A DNA stretch of 64,000 bases, from the NCBI GenBank assembly GCA_030765185.1, contig JAVCDE010000024.1, positions 443,538 to 507,537 of the forward strand, written 5' to 3'. This stretch comes from Candidatus Aceula meridiana (GTDB lineage Bacteria; Omnitrophota; Gorgyraeia; Zapsychrales; Aceulaceae). Under the pieces are notes generated by a model, which did not search any database, was not told the origin of the DNA, and saw only the letters and a program-made list of their open reading frames with translations. Shown here piece after piece: positions 56,821-64,000 of this stretch. A program made the position numbers and the translations under genes. Numbering within the stretch: position 1 is the stretch's first letter; each line of letters begins with the position of its first letter.

Positions 56821-57652
56821 GGCTTCCTTTTTTTAACTTTGCAATCGCCAGATCAAGCTGTTGGGCATTCGGCGATCTATAATGCCATTCAAGTTTGTTT
56901 TCCATAAAATCAACCCCTTTGCCTTTCACTGTATTTGCAATAAGGCAAGATGGACTACCCTTATGCCAAGGTGCCGACGAAAGGCTTTTATAAATTTGAT
57001 CATGATCATGGCCGTCAATGTCCCGAACAGACCAACGGAATGATTTTAATTTTTCCCCTAAAGGCTCTAATCCCAAAATATCTGACACCTGCCCCAGGGC
57101 CTGCATTTTATTATAATCAATCACCGCAATTAAATTATCTAAGCGATGGTGCGCCGCGAATAAAAAAGCCTCCCAATTTGACCCTTCCTCCATTTCTCCG
57201 TCGCTTAGTATGACAAAAACGCGCCAATTTTTACCTTTTCGTTTTGCCGCGAGGGCCATGCCGCAAGCAAATGGCAACCCATGACCGAGAGACCCTGTAG
57301 AAAATTCTACTCCTGGTACTTTCCTATCTGAATGAGTTAGAAAATAAGACCCGTCTTGACCGAAGCCTTCCAGCTCTTCTTCCGGAAAAAATCCTCGATA
57401 TGACAGCGCGGCATACAAAGAGGCGCAGGCATGTCCTTTGCTAAAAATAAGACGGTCTCTCGCATCCCAAAGCGGGTTTTTGGGATCAATATTTAAAACC
57501 CTCGAATACAATACGGCAAGCAAATCGGCAACCGAAAGGGCTCCACCGATGTGCGAAGATTTAGCGGCATGCACCATCTGCAAAGATTTTATTCTAATTT
57601 TTAACGCAAAGAGGTGAGAATCCAGATAATTTTCGAAGTCTCTATTTATCAT
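56813..57652 (-). CDS. Transketolase-like N-terminal ThDP-binding subunit
   Basis: SHIGGALS, SKGH, TGSLGHG, SDGEMEEGSNWEA. Confidence 0.92.
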   Translation of the reverse strand: MINRDFENYLDSHLFALKIRIKSLQMVHAAKSSHIGGALSVADLLAVLYSRVLNIDPKNPLWDARDRLIFSKGHACASLYAALSYRGFFPEEELEGFGQDGSYFLTHSDRKVPGVEFSTGSLGHGLPFACGMALAAKRKGKNWRVFVILSDGEMEEGSNWEAFLFAAHHRLDNLIAVIDYNKMQALGQVSDILGLEPLGEKLKSFRWSVRDIDGHDHDQIYKSLSSAPWHKGSPSCLIANTVKGKGVDFMENKLEWHYRSPNAQQLDLAIAKLKKGSHA

Positions 57653-58428
57653 TTTGAGTTATCCGGATTGTCAAACTCTGGATTCTTAGAAAGTTTTAAA
57701 TTAAGGTAAGTTTTTTTTCCGTTCTTTTCAAAAAAAGCAAATCCTTTTTTTCCAAAGCTACGCGCGCGTAGCAAGTTTATGATCTGAGATCCGGAATAAA
57801 GGCGGGACAAATCAACGGTATCCAAGAAATCAGCCTCCTTTTTCTTATGATAAACGGCCTTAGACTCGTCTTGGGCAACCGGTTTAATTTTTCCTGCCTT
57901 GATTAACGGCCATTTTTTTTTAAATAATTCTATGATTTCCTTGCGCAGACGATGATAAATATCATAGGCAGTATCTTCGTCTAATAAAGAAACTTCTTTT
58001 TGCGCCCAAACGGGACCGGCATCCGCCTTCTCGTTAATCTGATGAATTGTGACTCCCGTGGGTGTTCCGTCAAGAATGCTGTGGACATGCGGGTACCAGC
58101 CGCGATTGGTGGGAAGGAGCGCTAAATGAAAATTTAGAGTATTTTTTGCCAAACAGAAAAAATCAGGCTTAAGCAGATAAGACCAAAAAACCGTAATGAT
58201 AAAATCCGGAGGGTCCTGCCTCATCTCTTTAAAATGTTCCGGATCTTTTAAAATATCAACGCTGTAAATTCGGTCTTCCGGCACCTTTGCGTTGGCCTTG
58301 ATCTGGTCTGCGTATTTTTGCTCATTGGCATTGTGCAAATAAAGCTTCTCGATTGTATCGCCGCATTCTACCAAATGTTTTGCGACCTGCGCTCCCGGCC
58401 AGTCATTAGCCAATAAATAAATTTTCAT
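57649..58428 (-). CDS. Sugar N-formyltransferase
   Basis: NFHLALLP.NRG, GVTIH.I....DAG; adjacent to an aminotransferase. Confidence 0.85.
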   Translation of the reverse strand: MKIYLLANDWPGAQVAKHLVECGDTIEKLYLHNANEQKYADQIKANAKVPEDRIYSVDILKDPEHFKEMRQDPPDFIITVFWSYLLKPDFFCLAKNTLNFHLALLPTNRGWYPHVHSILDGTPTGVTIHQINEKADAGPVWAQKEVSLLDEDTAYDIYHRLRKEIIELFKKKWPLIKAGKIKPVAQDESKAVYHKKKEADFLDTVDLSRLYSGSQIINLLRARSFGKKGFAFFEKNGKKTYLNLKLSKNPEFDNPDNSK

Positions 58429-59528
58429 GAAACCCCCAATATTTTGCGTATAATCCCGGCGGCGTAGGAGATGTCATCCTCGCTAAGCTTAGAAGCGCAA
58501 GGAAGATTGATACCGCATGCCGCCAAATGGTCGGCAACAGGTGTTTTTACGGGCTTAAACATCGGAAGCTTACTAATACAGCGGAAAAAAGGCCGACTGC
58601 GAATTCCTTCATCATCCATCCGCTTTATGACCTCATCACGCGTAATTCCGAAATCTTTATCAAGAATTATGGTGGGAACATAATAATTATTATAGATGCC
58701 TGGCTTTTCAACGTTCATGGACATCCCTACGACGTCCCCCAATCGATCTTTATACCAAAAGAAGATCTGGCGCCGGTGATTGATGATCTCCTGGGCGCGT
58801 TCGACCTGTGCCAGCCCAAGCGCAGCCTGAATATTCGACATCTTGTACTTTAATCCGATACCTGTCACGTTCAGCATCCCCGAATTATCGCGGCAATGGT
58901 CCCAATAGTAATATGCGCGTTCGTAAAATTTCTTATCATTTGTCACAAGGACTCCGCCCTCTCCCGTTGTAAACGGCTTGGCCCCCTGAAAACTAAACGC
59001 CGCCGCAAATCCAAGTGACCCAGCTGGTTTTTCATGATAAAGCGATCCAATTCCCGGAGCAGCATCTTCGATGACTGTTACGCCGTGTTTTTCTGCAATT
59101 GCGTTGATCTCATCCATATCTGCCGGATGTCCAAACATATGCACAGGGATAACGGCTTTTGTTTTTGAAGTTATCGCAGCCTGAAAACACTGAGGGTCCA
59201 TGCACCAAGTATCTCGATGGACATCGACAAATACGGGTGTCGCCCCCAGATAGCATACGCATGAGGCCGTTGCGATCCAGGTCGTCTCCGGTATAATAAC
59301 TTCATCGCCGGGTTTTATGCCAAGAGCGGCCATGGCAATATGAAGCGCACCGGTACAGCTTGAGGTTGCGATCGCATATTTTGTATTCGTAAAGCTTGCC
59401 ATCGCAGCTTCAAACCTGTCCAGGTAATTATGCCAATTTTGATACCACCCGTTTCGACAGGCATCTGTAACATAAGCGACTTCTTTTTCCGTAATCCACG
59501 GACCGCCTGAAGGTATTTCTCTTTTCAT
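58425..59528 (-). CDS. DegT/DnrJ/EryC1/StrS aminotransferase (perosamine synthase-like)
   Basis: SSCTGALH, EDAA, SFQGAK..TTGEGG, G..YKMSN.QAALG. Confidence 0.92.
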   Translation of the reverse strand: MKREIPSGGPWITEKEVAYVTDACRNGWYQNWHNYLDRFEAAMASFTNTKYAIATSSCTGALHIAMAALGIKPGDEVIIPETTWIATASCVCYLGATPVFVDVHRDTWCMDPQCFQAAITSKTKAVIPVHMFGHPADMDEINAIAEKHGVTVIEDAAPGIGSLYHEKPAGSLGFAAAFSFQGAKPFTTGEGGVLVTNDKKFYERAYYYWDHCRDNSGMLNVTGIGLKYKMSNIQAALGLAQVERAQEIINHRRQIFFWYKDRLGDVVGMSMNVEKPGIYNNYYVPTIILDKDFGITRDEVIKRMDDEGIRSRPFFRCISKLPMFKPVKTPVADHLAACGINLPCASKLSEDDISYAAGIIRKILGVS

Positions 59529-59560
59529 TGATGAAGACTCTTCATGTTTTATCGTTAAAC

Positions 59561-60811
59561 TTAATCTCGATCTCTATTCCCAAGGTACTCAAGAACGGAC
59601 GTAACACGACCTCCGGAATTAACGTAAGAGGCAAGGTATTTCTTGATCTCGCCAAGATACCCGTAATTAAAAACAATAATCTCGTCAACCGGGTCTTTAA
59701 ATAAATTCTTGGGATCTGATACCAAAACCCCCGTTGCCGGCATTTCCAATCCATGCAATGCTGAATTCATATCATAAACACATTCTATTTCTTTTTTTGT
59801 CAGACCGGCAATCGCCATTGTATGGACCCCCCGGCCTGCCGCTCCGTAGCCAGCAACCCGTTTGCCCTCTGTCCGCAACTTACGGACATGCCTCAATAGC
59901 CGATTGTGGCTTTCCTTAACCATCGCGGAAAAGTCACGATACAAATCCCTTTGCCGTAGCCGCAAAAGAAAACCATTGTCTTGTGGCAGCGCAATCGGCA
60001 GCCGGTTTTTCTCAAGCACGGCAGCGACTATCAAAGAATTTCCGCGGCACATATCCTCAGGAATAAAATTAAAAGATACGGGCTTATAACCCGCATGACG
60101 CAAAACCGACAAAATTGATTCCCTGGTAAGATAGACCGAATGTTCATGTGCAAACAGGCACGCTTCGTTGCGTTGAACGATTTTTTCAAAATCATGCACT
60201 TCAATAATAATAACACCAAAAACCGGATCCAGAATTTTCGAAATATCTTTTAAAAACGCAACCGGATTCGGCACATGATCAAAAGTATACTGGCAGACCA
60301 CAACCTTTGCCTTGCTCATATTCTCCGGAATGAACTTAACCGCATCATCAGAAAAACAAGACGCAACAGTATCGATTTCGTTTTTGATCGCTTGTCGGCA
60401 GAGGCCCTGCGAAGGTTCAAATCCCAGAACCCGGGCACCCAGCTCTCTAAAATATCTTAGTTGAAGACCATCGCCCGAACCGATCTCGATAACCGTATCG
60501 CCTTTTCTTATACCAAACAGGGTGCAAGTCTCATCCGCAAATTTTTTCATAAATCTTTGAACAAACGCAGACTGTGATACAGTGTAGTCATAATTATGAT
60601 AATAATCTGAAAGATCAACATCATGGAGCGTTTGAACGACCCCGCACCGCGGACACCAGTAAATATTAAGATCGGCCAAAAATGGATCTTCTCTATTGCT
60701 CGGATCCACATGGCCGTCTGACATCGGCATATCCGGCAGTCTCAAGAATAAATATAAATTCTCAGCCCCACAGATACGACAAACATTGCGATAAGTAACG
60801 TCAAGCTTCAT
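59561..60811 (-). CDS. NDP-sugar C3-methyltransferase
   Basis: CRICG...CPRCG zinc site, EIGSGDG, HEH, GYGAAGRG. Confidence 0.88.
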   Translation of the reverse strand: MKLDVTYRNVCRICGAENLYLFLRLPDMPMSDGHVDPSNREDPFLADLNIYWCPRCGVVQTLHDVDLSDYYHNYDYTVSQSAFVQRFMKKFADETCTLFGIRKGDTVIEIGSGDGLQLRYFRELGARVLGFEPSQGLCRQAIKNEIDTVASCFSDDAVKFIPENMSKAKVVVCQYTFDHVPNPVAFLKDISKILDPVFGVIIIEVHDFEKIVQRNEACLFAHEHSVYLTRESILSVLRHAGYKPVSFNFIPEDMCRGNSLIVAAVLEKNRLPIALPQDNGFLLRLRQRDLYRDFSAMVKESHNRLLRHVRKLRTEGKRVAGYGAAGRGVHTMAIAGLTKKEIECVYDMNSALHGLEMPATGVLVSDPKNLFKDPVDEIIVFNYGYLGEIKKYLASYVNSGGRVTSVLEYLGNRDRD

Positions 60812-60834
60812 GATTTATTTGTACTGGCGAAAGC

Positions 60835-61929
60835 CTATTTTTTTCCCGCAGATAACATCCGCAAATATTCTTCTAATTGCCCCAGGCACAACTGGTAAGG
60901 ATCTGTTTGCTCATACGCCTTATACCACTCAACAGTTCTTTTGATTGCTTCTTTAACGCCCCAGACGGGAGCCCAATCTAAAAATGATCTAGCCTTTGTA
61001 ATATCAAGGCTAAGCATCATAGCCTCATAGGGCCTGTTTCTTTCCCGAACCTCTTTCCATGAACCTTTCCCCCATTCTGCGATAACCATATCGGCAATTT
61101 CGCCAACCTTTTTTATGCAACGGCTGTCGGGACCAAAATTCCAAGCTCCGCAAAACTTTTCAGCATCATCTTGCATACGCGATGCCAGCAACAAATACCC
61201 AAAAAGGGAATCCAACACATGCTGCCAGGGGCGTGTTGCCATCGGAGTTCTAATTTCAATGGCTTTCCCACTCTCCAGCGCCTTTATACAATCAGGAATA
61301 ATCCTGTCCTTTTGCCAATCACCACCTCCGATAACATTACCCGCTCTTACGGATGATAAACTTTTTCCGTGTTTTTTAAAATCGCGGGGGTTAAAGAAAG
61401 ATGCTCGATAGGACTCAGTAATCAGCTCGGAGCAGGCCTTGCTTGAACTATAGGGATCATATCCGCCTAAAGGGTCGCTCTCGAGATAACTACGCGCTGA
61501 TTCATTTTTTTTATAACATTTGTCGCTGGTAACATTAATAATTGTCCCAACCGACTTTGTCAACCTGCAGCATTCGAGCACGTTGATCGTGCCTCCGACA
61601 TTGATATCGTAGGTTTCTTTCGGGCTTACATATGACTCGCGTACGATGGGTTGGGCCGCAAGATGAAAAACAATCTGGGGATTATATTTTTCAAAAACGC
61701 CTTTTAGGCGGTGATAATCTCTGACATCGCCGATGATATGAACAACTTTGTCTTTAAGCCCTGTTACCACAAAATTATCTCGGGCGGTATAAGGCTCAAG
61801 CGCGTATCCTACGATATCGCAGCCTAATACTTTTAGCCAGAGAGAAAGCCAAGAACCCTTGAATCCGGTATGGCCTGTGATTAAAACAACTTTTCCTTTG
61901 TAAAATTCTTCCAAATTAAACGGCATCAT
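60835..61929 (-). CDS. rfbG: CDP-glucose 4,6-dehydratase
   Basis: TGHTGFKGSWL, HLAAQP, DPYSSSK, RAGNVIGGGDW, RPWQHV. Confidence 0.95.
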   Translation of the reverse strand: MMPFNLEEFYKGKVVLITGHTGFKGSWLSLWLKVLGCDIVGYALEPYTARDNFVVTGLKDKVVHIIGDVRDYHRLKGVFEKYNPQIVFHLAAQPIVRESYVSPKETYDINVGGTINVLECCRLTKSVGTIINVTSDKCYKKNESARSYLESDPLGGYDPYSSSKACSELITESYRASFFNPRDFKKHGKSLSSVRAGNVIGGGDWQKDRIIPDCIKALESGKAIEIRTPMATRPWQHVLDSLFGYLLLASRMQDDAEKFCGAWNFGPDSRCIKKVGEIADMVIAEWGKGSWKEVRERNRPYEAMMLSLDITKARSFLDWAPVWGVKEAIKRTVEWYKAYEQTDPYQLCLGQLEEYLRMLSAGKK

Positions 61930-62704
61930 CTTTCCATACTTTCCAAAAACTTTTATTCTCATCCCATAGCTTATCAAGTTGTATTTTATCTCTTAAGGTA
62001 TCCATGCACTGCCAAAACCCATCATGCTTATAAGCATATAGCTCGCCGTCTTCTGCCATCTTCTTTAAAGGCCCGAGCTCAAAAACTACGTCATCATTTT
62101 GAGGAATGTAGTCAAAAACCTTTGGTTCGCAGATCATAAAACCCGCGTTGATCCATCCGCTTTCTTTTTTCGGTTTTTCCAAAAACTGAAGCACCCTTTG
62201 ATCGCTGGATAAATCCAATTTACCAAACCGGCTATCAAGCTGAACGGCGGTAGTCGTTACGGCCTTCTTGTGACTCTTGTGAAAATTTAATACTTTTGAA
62301 ATATCGATATCGGACACGCCGTCTCCATACGTCAGCATAAATGCCTCGCCCTGGGTATACTCTTTTATTCGTCTTATTCTGCCGCCGGTCATGGCCTCCA
62401 GGCCCGTGTCGATGAGCGTAACTTTCCAGGGCTCGCTTGTATTATTATGGACTTTTATTTGATTATTCGAAAGATCAATCGTAATGTTGCTTTGATACAA
62501 GAAATAATTTGCGAAATATTCTTTAATGATAGAGCCTTTGTATCCCAGGCAGATAATAAAGTCATTGTATCCATAAAAAGAATACATCTTCATGATATGC
62601 CACAAAATCGGCTTTCCCCCAATAGTTACCATAGGCTTAGGAATTTTTTCCGTCTCCTCGCAAATTCTTGTTCCCATCCCGCCGGCTAAAATAACAACTT
62701 TCAT
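61916..62704 (-). CDS. rfbF: Glucose-1-phosphate cytidylyltransferase
   Basis: MKVVILAGGMGTRI.EE...PKPM, TGGR, TYGDG, GFWQCMDTLRD. Confidence 0.95.
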   Translation of the reverse strand: MKVVILAGGMGTRICEETEKIPKPMVTIGGKPILWHIMKMYSFYGYNDFIICLGYKGSIIKEYFANYFLYQSNITIDLSNNQIKVHNNTSEPWKVTLIDTGLEAMTGGRIRRIKEYTQGEAFMLTYGDGVSDIDISKVLNFHKSHKKAVTTTAVQLDSRFGKLDLSSDQRVLQFLEKPKKESGWINAGFMICEPKVFDYIPQNDDVVFELGPLKKMAEDGELYAYKHDGFWQCMDTLRDKIQLDKLWDENKSFWKVWKDDAV

Positions 62705-62823
62705 TCTATTTTCCTCCTTAACAAATGTCATTCATTTTACCCTACATTTAAGAATTCGGCAAGACTCAAAATTAAGGCGTGGCAAAAGAATACCAAATTT
62801 GTGCCAACTATTGTATATTAAAC

Positions 62824-62854
62824 AAAAACCCCGCAACTTTTTAGTCACGGGGAG
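62824..62854 (-). terminator. Intrinsic terminator after the Lys-rich peptide gene
   Basis: Minus strand CCCCGTGAC-loop-GTTGCGGGG-TTTTTG. Confidence 0.75.
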
Positions 62855-62891
62855 TCTGTAATTCACAGCTTATTACTTCGTAGAAAATAAA

Positions 62892-62951
62892 TTACTTCTT
62901 AACTTTCTTGGCTTTCTTGGCTTTCTTTTTGTTTGCGATTTTATCTCCCAT
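62892..62951 (-). CDS. 19-aa Lys-rich peptide (not in ORF track)
   Basis: AAGGGGGG SD; MGDKIANKKKAKKAKKVKK*; own promoter and terminator. Confidence 0.65.
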   Translation of the reverse strand: MGDKIANKKKAKKAKKVKK

Positions 62952-62996
62952 TTTCACATCCCCCCTTCGGTTACCCTAAATAATTAACAATAAAAT

Positions 62997-63005
62997 ATTA
63001 TAACA
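62997..63005 (-). promoter_or_regulatory. Extended -10 promoter of the peptide gene
   Basis: TGTTATAAT on the minus strand. Confidence 0.55.
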
Positions 63006-63044
63006 TCTTTCTCTCATTCTCAGAGACTTTTTCAATGTGCCAGA

Positions 63045-63121
63045 TAAATGAAAACATGACTTACGGAGCAAAGCGCTCGTAAGTCATTTGTCTGAATTTA
63101 TCCGGCGTATGCTGGATAAAT
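63045..63121. repeat. Two-hairpin element, copy F (long variant)
   Basis: TAAATGA..ATGACTTACG/CGTAAGTCAT..GAATTTA-TCCGGC/GCTGGA-TAAAT. Confidence 0.7.
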
Positions 63122-63233
63122 CTACGTTGACCTTTCGAATCCTTGGCGAAGGGTTTGCGCTAACCATCAATCAACAATATTTTTGTTAGCACAGCGTTAG
63201 CACGAAAAATCGCAACATCTCTTCTTGCTTTTT

Positions 63234-63590
63234 TTATTCCGCTTCTGGTGAAACAACTCTGATTAAAAACGCAGCGGGTTGATCTTCAACTGTAACTTCT
63301 AGCTCAACATAGACGCGGTCACCCGGGAAAAGCTGATCCATGCCAATGACCTGGCCGTTTTTAATAATTTTTGTCTGATCGGTCACATAGCAATTCACTT
63401 CTTTAAAGGTGCCTTCTTTTTCGTTAAGCGCTCGCTTTACAACAACCATAGAAACATCCGAATCCGTATCAAAAACCGTCCCATAAAAGCCTTCCTGGCT
63501 ATCAATTATGGAGCCTTGCTGGGCAAAAACCAACCCTGAGAAGAAAATACTGGCCCCTAGAACAATAATCCAAGAAAAATTCTTCATCAC
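63234..63590 (-). CDS. Secreted beta-rich hypothetical protein (DUF5666/OB-like)
   Basis: Signal peptide; TKIIKNG....L.PGDRV.V. Confidence 0.65.
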   Translation of the reverse strand: MMKNFSWIIVLGASIFFSGLVFAQQGSIIDSQEGFYGTVFDTDSDVSMVVVKRALNEKEGTFKEVNCYVTDQTKIIKNGQVIGMDQLFPGDRVYVELEVTVEDQPAAFLIRVVSPEAE

Positions 63591-63643
63591 ACCCCTCCTT
63601 AAATAATTTCTTATTTCTTCTAACGATTAGAAACCGAAAAGCC

Positions 63644-64000
63644 TTACGTTCTTAATATCTTCCCACTCTCCGTCTTCTTAATTTCTTTCACTATCCGAAT
63701 TTCCTTCGGAGCCTTATGTGCCGCAACATTATCATAACAAAATCTTCGTAATTCTCTGGCTAAATCTTTATCTGATTCCTTTTTTAGAACTACATCCGCT
63801 TGTGGCAATTGCCCATAGATATCATGCGCAACGCCATATACAAAAGATTCCTTCACATCAGGATGCGAGTTCAGAACCCCTTCTACTTCGACAGGGAATA
63901 TCTTCATTCCAGCATAATTTATTACATTTTTCTCTCTTCCTTTAATAAAGAGAGAATCTTCATTATCTAGAAACCCTAAATCCCCTGTATTAAACCATCC
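63644..64000 (-). CDS. Acyl-CoA synthetase/AMP-binding enzyme, C-terminal part
   Basis: Open from the window end: GWFNTGDLG...KGREKNVI..AG.KIFP.EVE...GKILR. Confidence 0.9.
   Translation of the reverse strand, partial: GWFNTGDLGFLDNEDSLFIKGREKNVINYAGMKIFPVEVEGVLNSHPDVKESFVYGVAHDIYGQLPQADVVLKKESDKDLARELRRFCYDNVAAHKAPKEIRIVKEIKKTESGKILRT

Noticed and set aside
62792-62808. Sigma54-like TGGCAC box upstream of rfbF
   Set aside because: The -12 element is misplaced and lacks GC (TGGCACAAATTTGGT).
1-64000. tRNA, rRNA, CRISPR, prophage or defence system
   Set aside because: No recognisable signatures by eye; tRNAscan-SE, Infernal and DefenseFinder were not run.

Overview
This is an AT-rich, gene-dense bacterial chromosome segment with most genes on the minus strand. 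It probably comes from an anaerobic diderm; an Omnitrophota-like origin is an impression only. I found no rRNA, tRNA, CRISPR array or transposase. In order, the window holds: (1) a partial PTS-IIA/CBS gene, two odd domain fusions and a nematode-type trehalose-6-phosphate phosphatase; (2) glycan cluster I, with three radical SAM/SPASM enzymes, GT9, a split transketolase, GT2, a YfhO-like GT-C and a TPR protein; (3) rex-serC-serA with a Rex box; (4) RND plus TolC, a B12 radical SAM, a DEAD-box helicase, ferredoxin, an MFS transporter plus an unknown protein, glgP and ydbH-ynbE-ydbL; (5) a roughly 13 kb block with a diguanylate cyclase, MscS, many small stress-type proteins, Mla/Pqi transport and a FixLJ-like pair; (6) glycan cluster II, with rfbF/rfbG, C-methyl-, amino- and formyltransferases, a split transketolase, GT2 and GT-C. 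The most notable unannotated signals are a six-copy intergenic two-hairpin element (TAAATGA-stem-GAATTTA-stem) with covarying stems, a self-contained transcription unit for a 19-aa Lys-rich peptide, twin 19-bp operator-promoter modules beside a poly-G-frameshifted FixJ-like gene, and a structured IS200/IS605-like non-coding element. All family calls come from motif recognition by eye, not from database searches.
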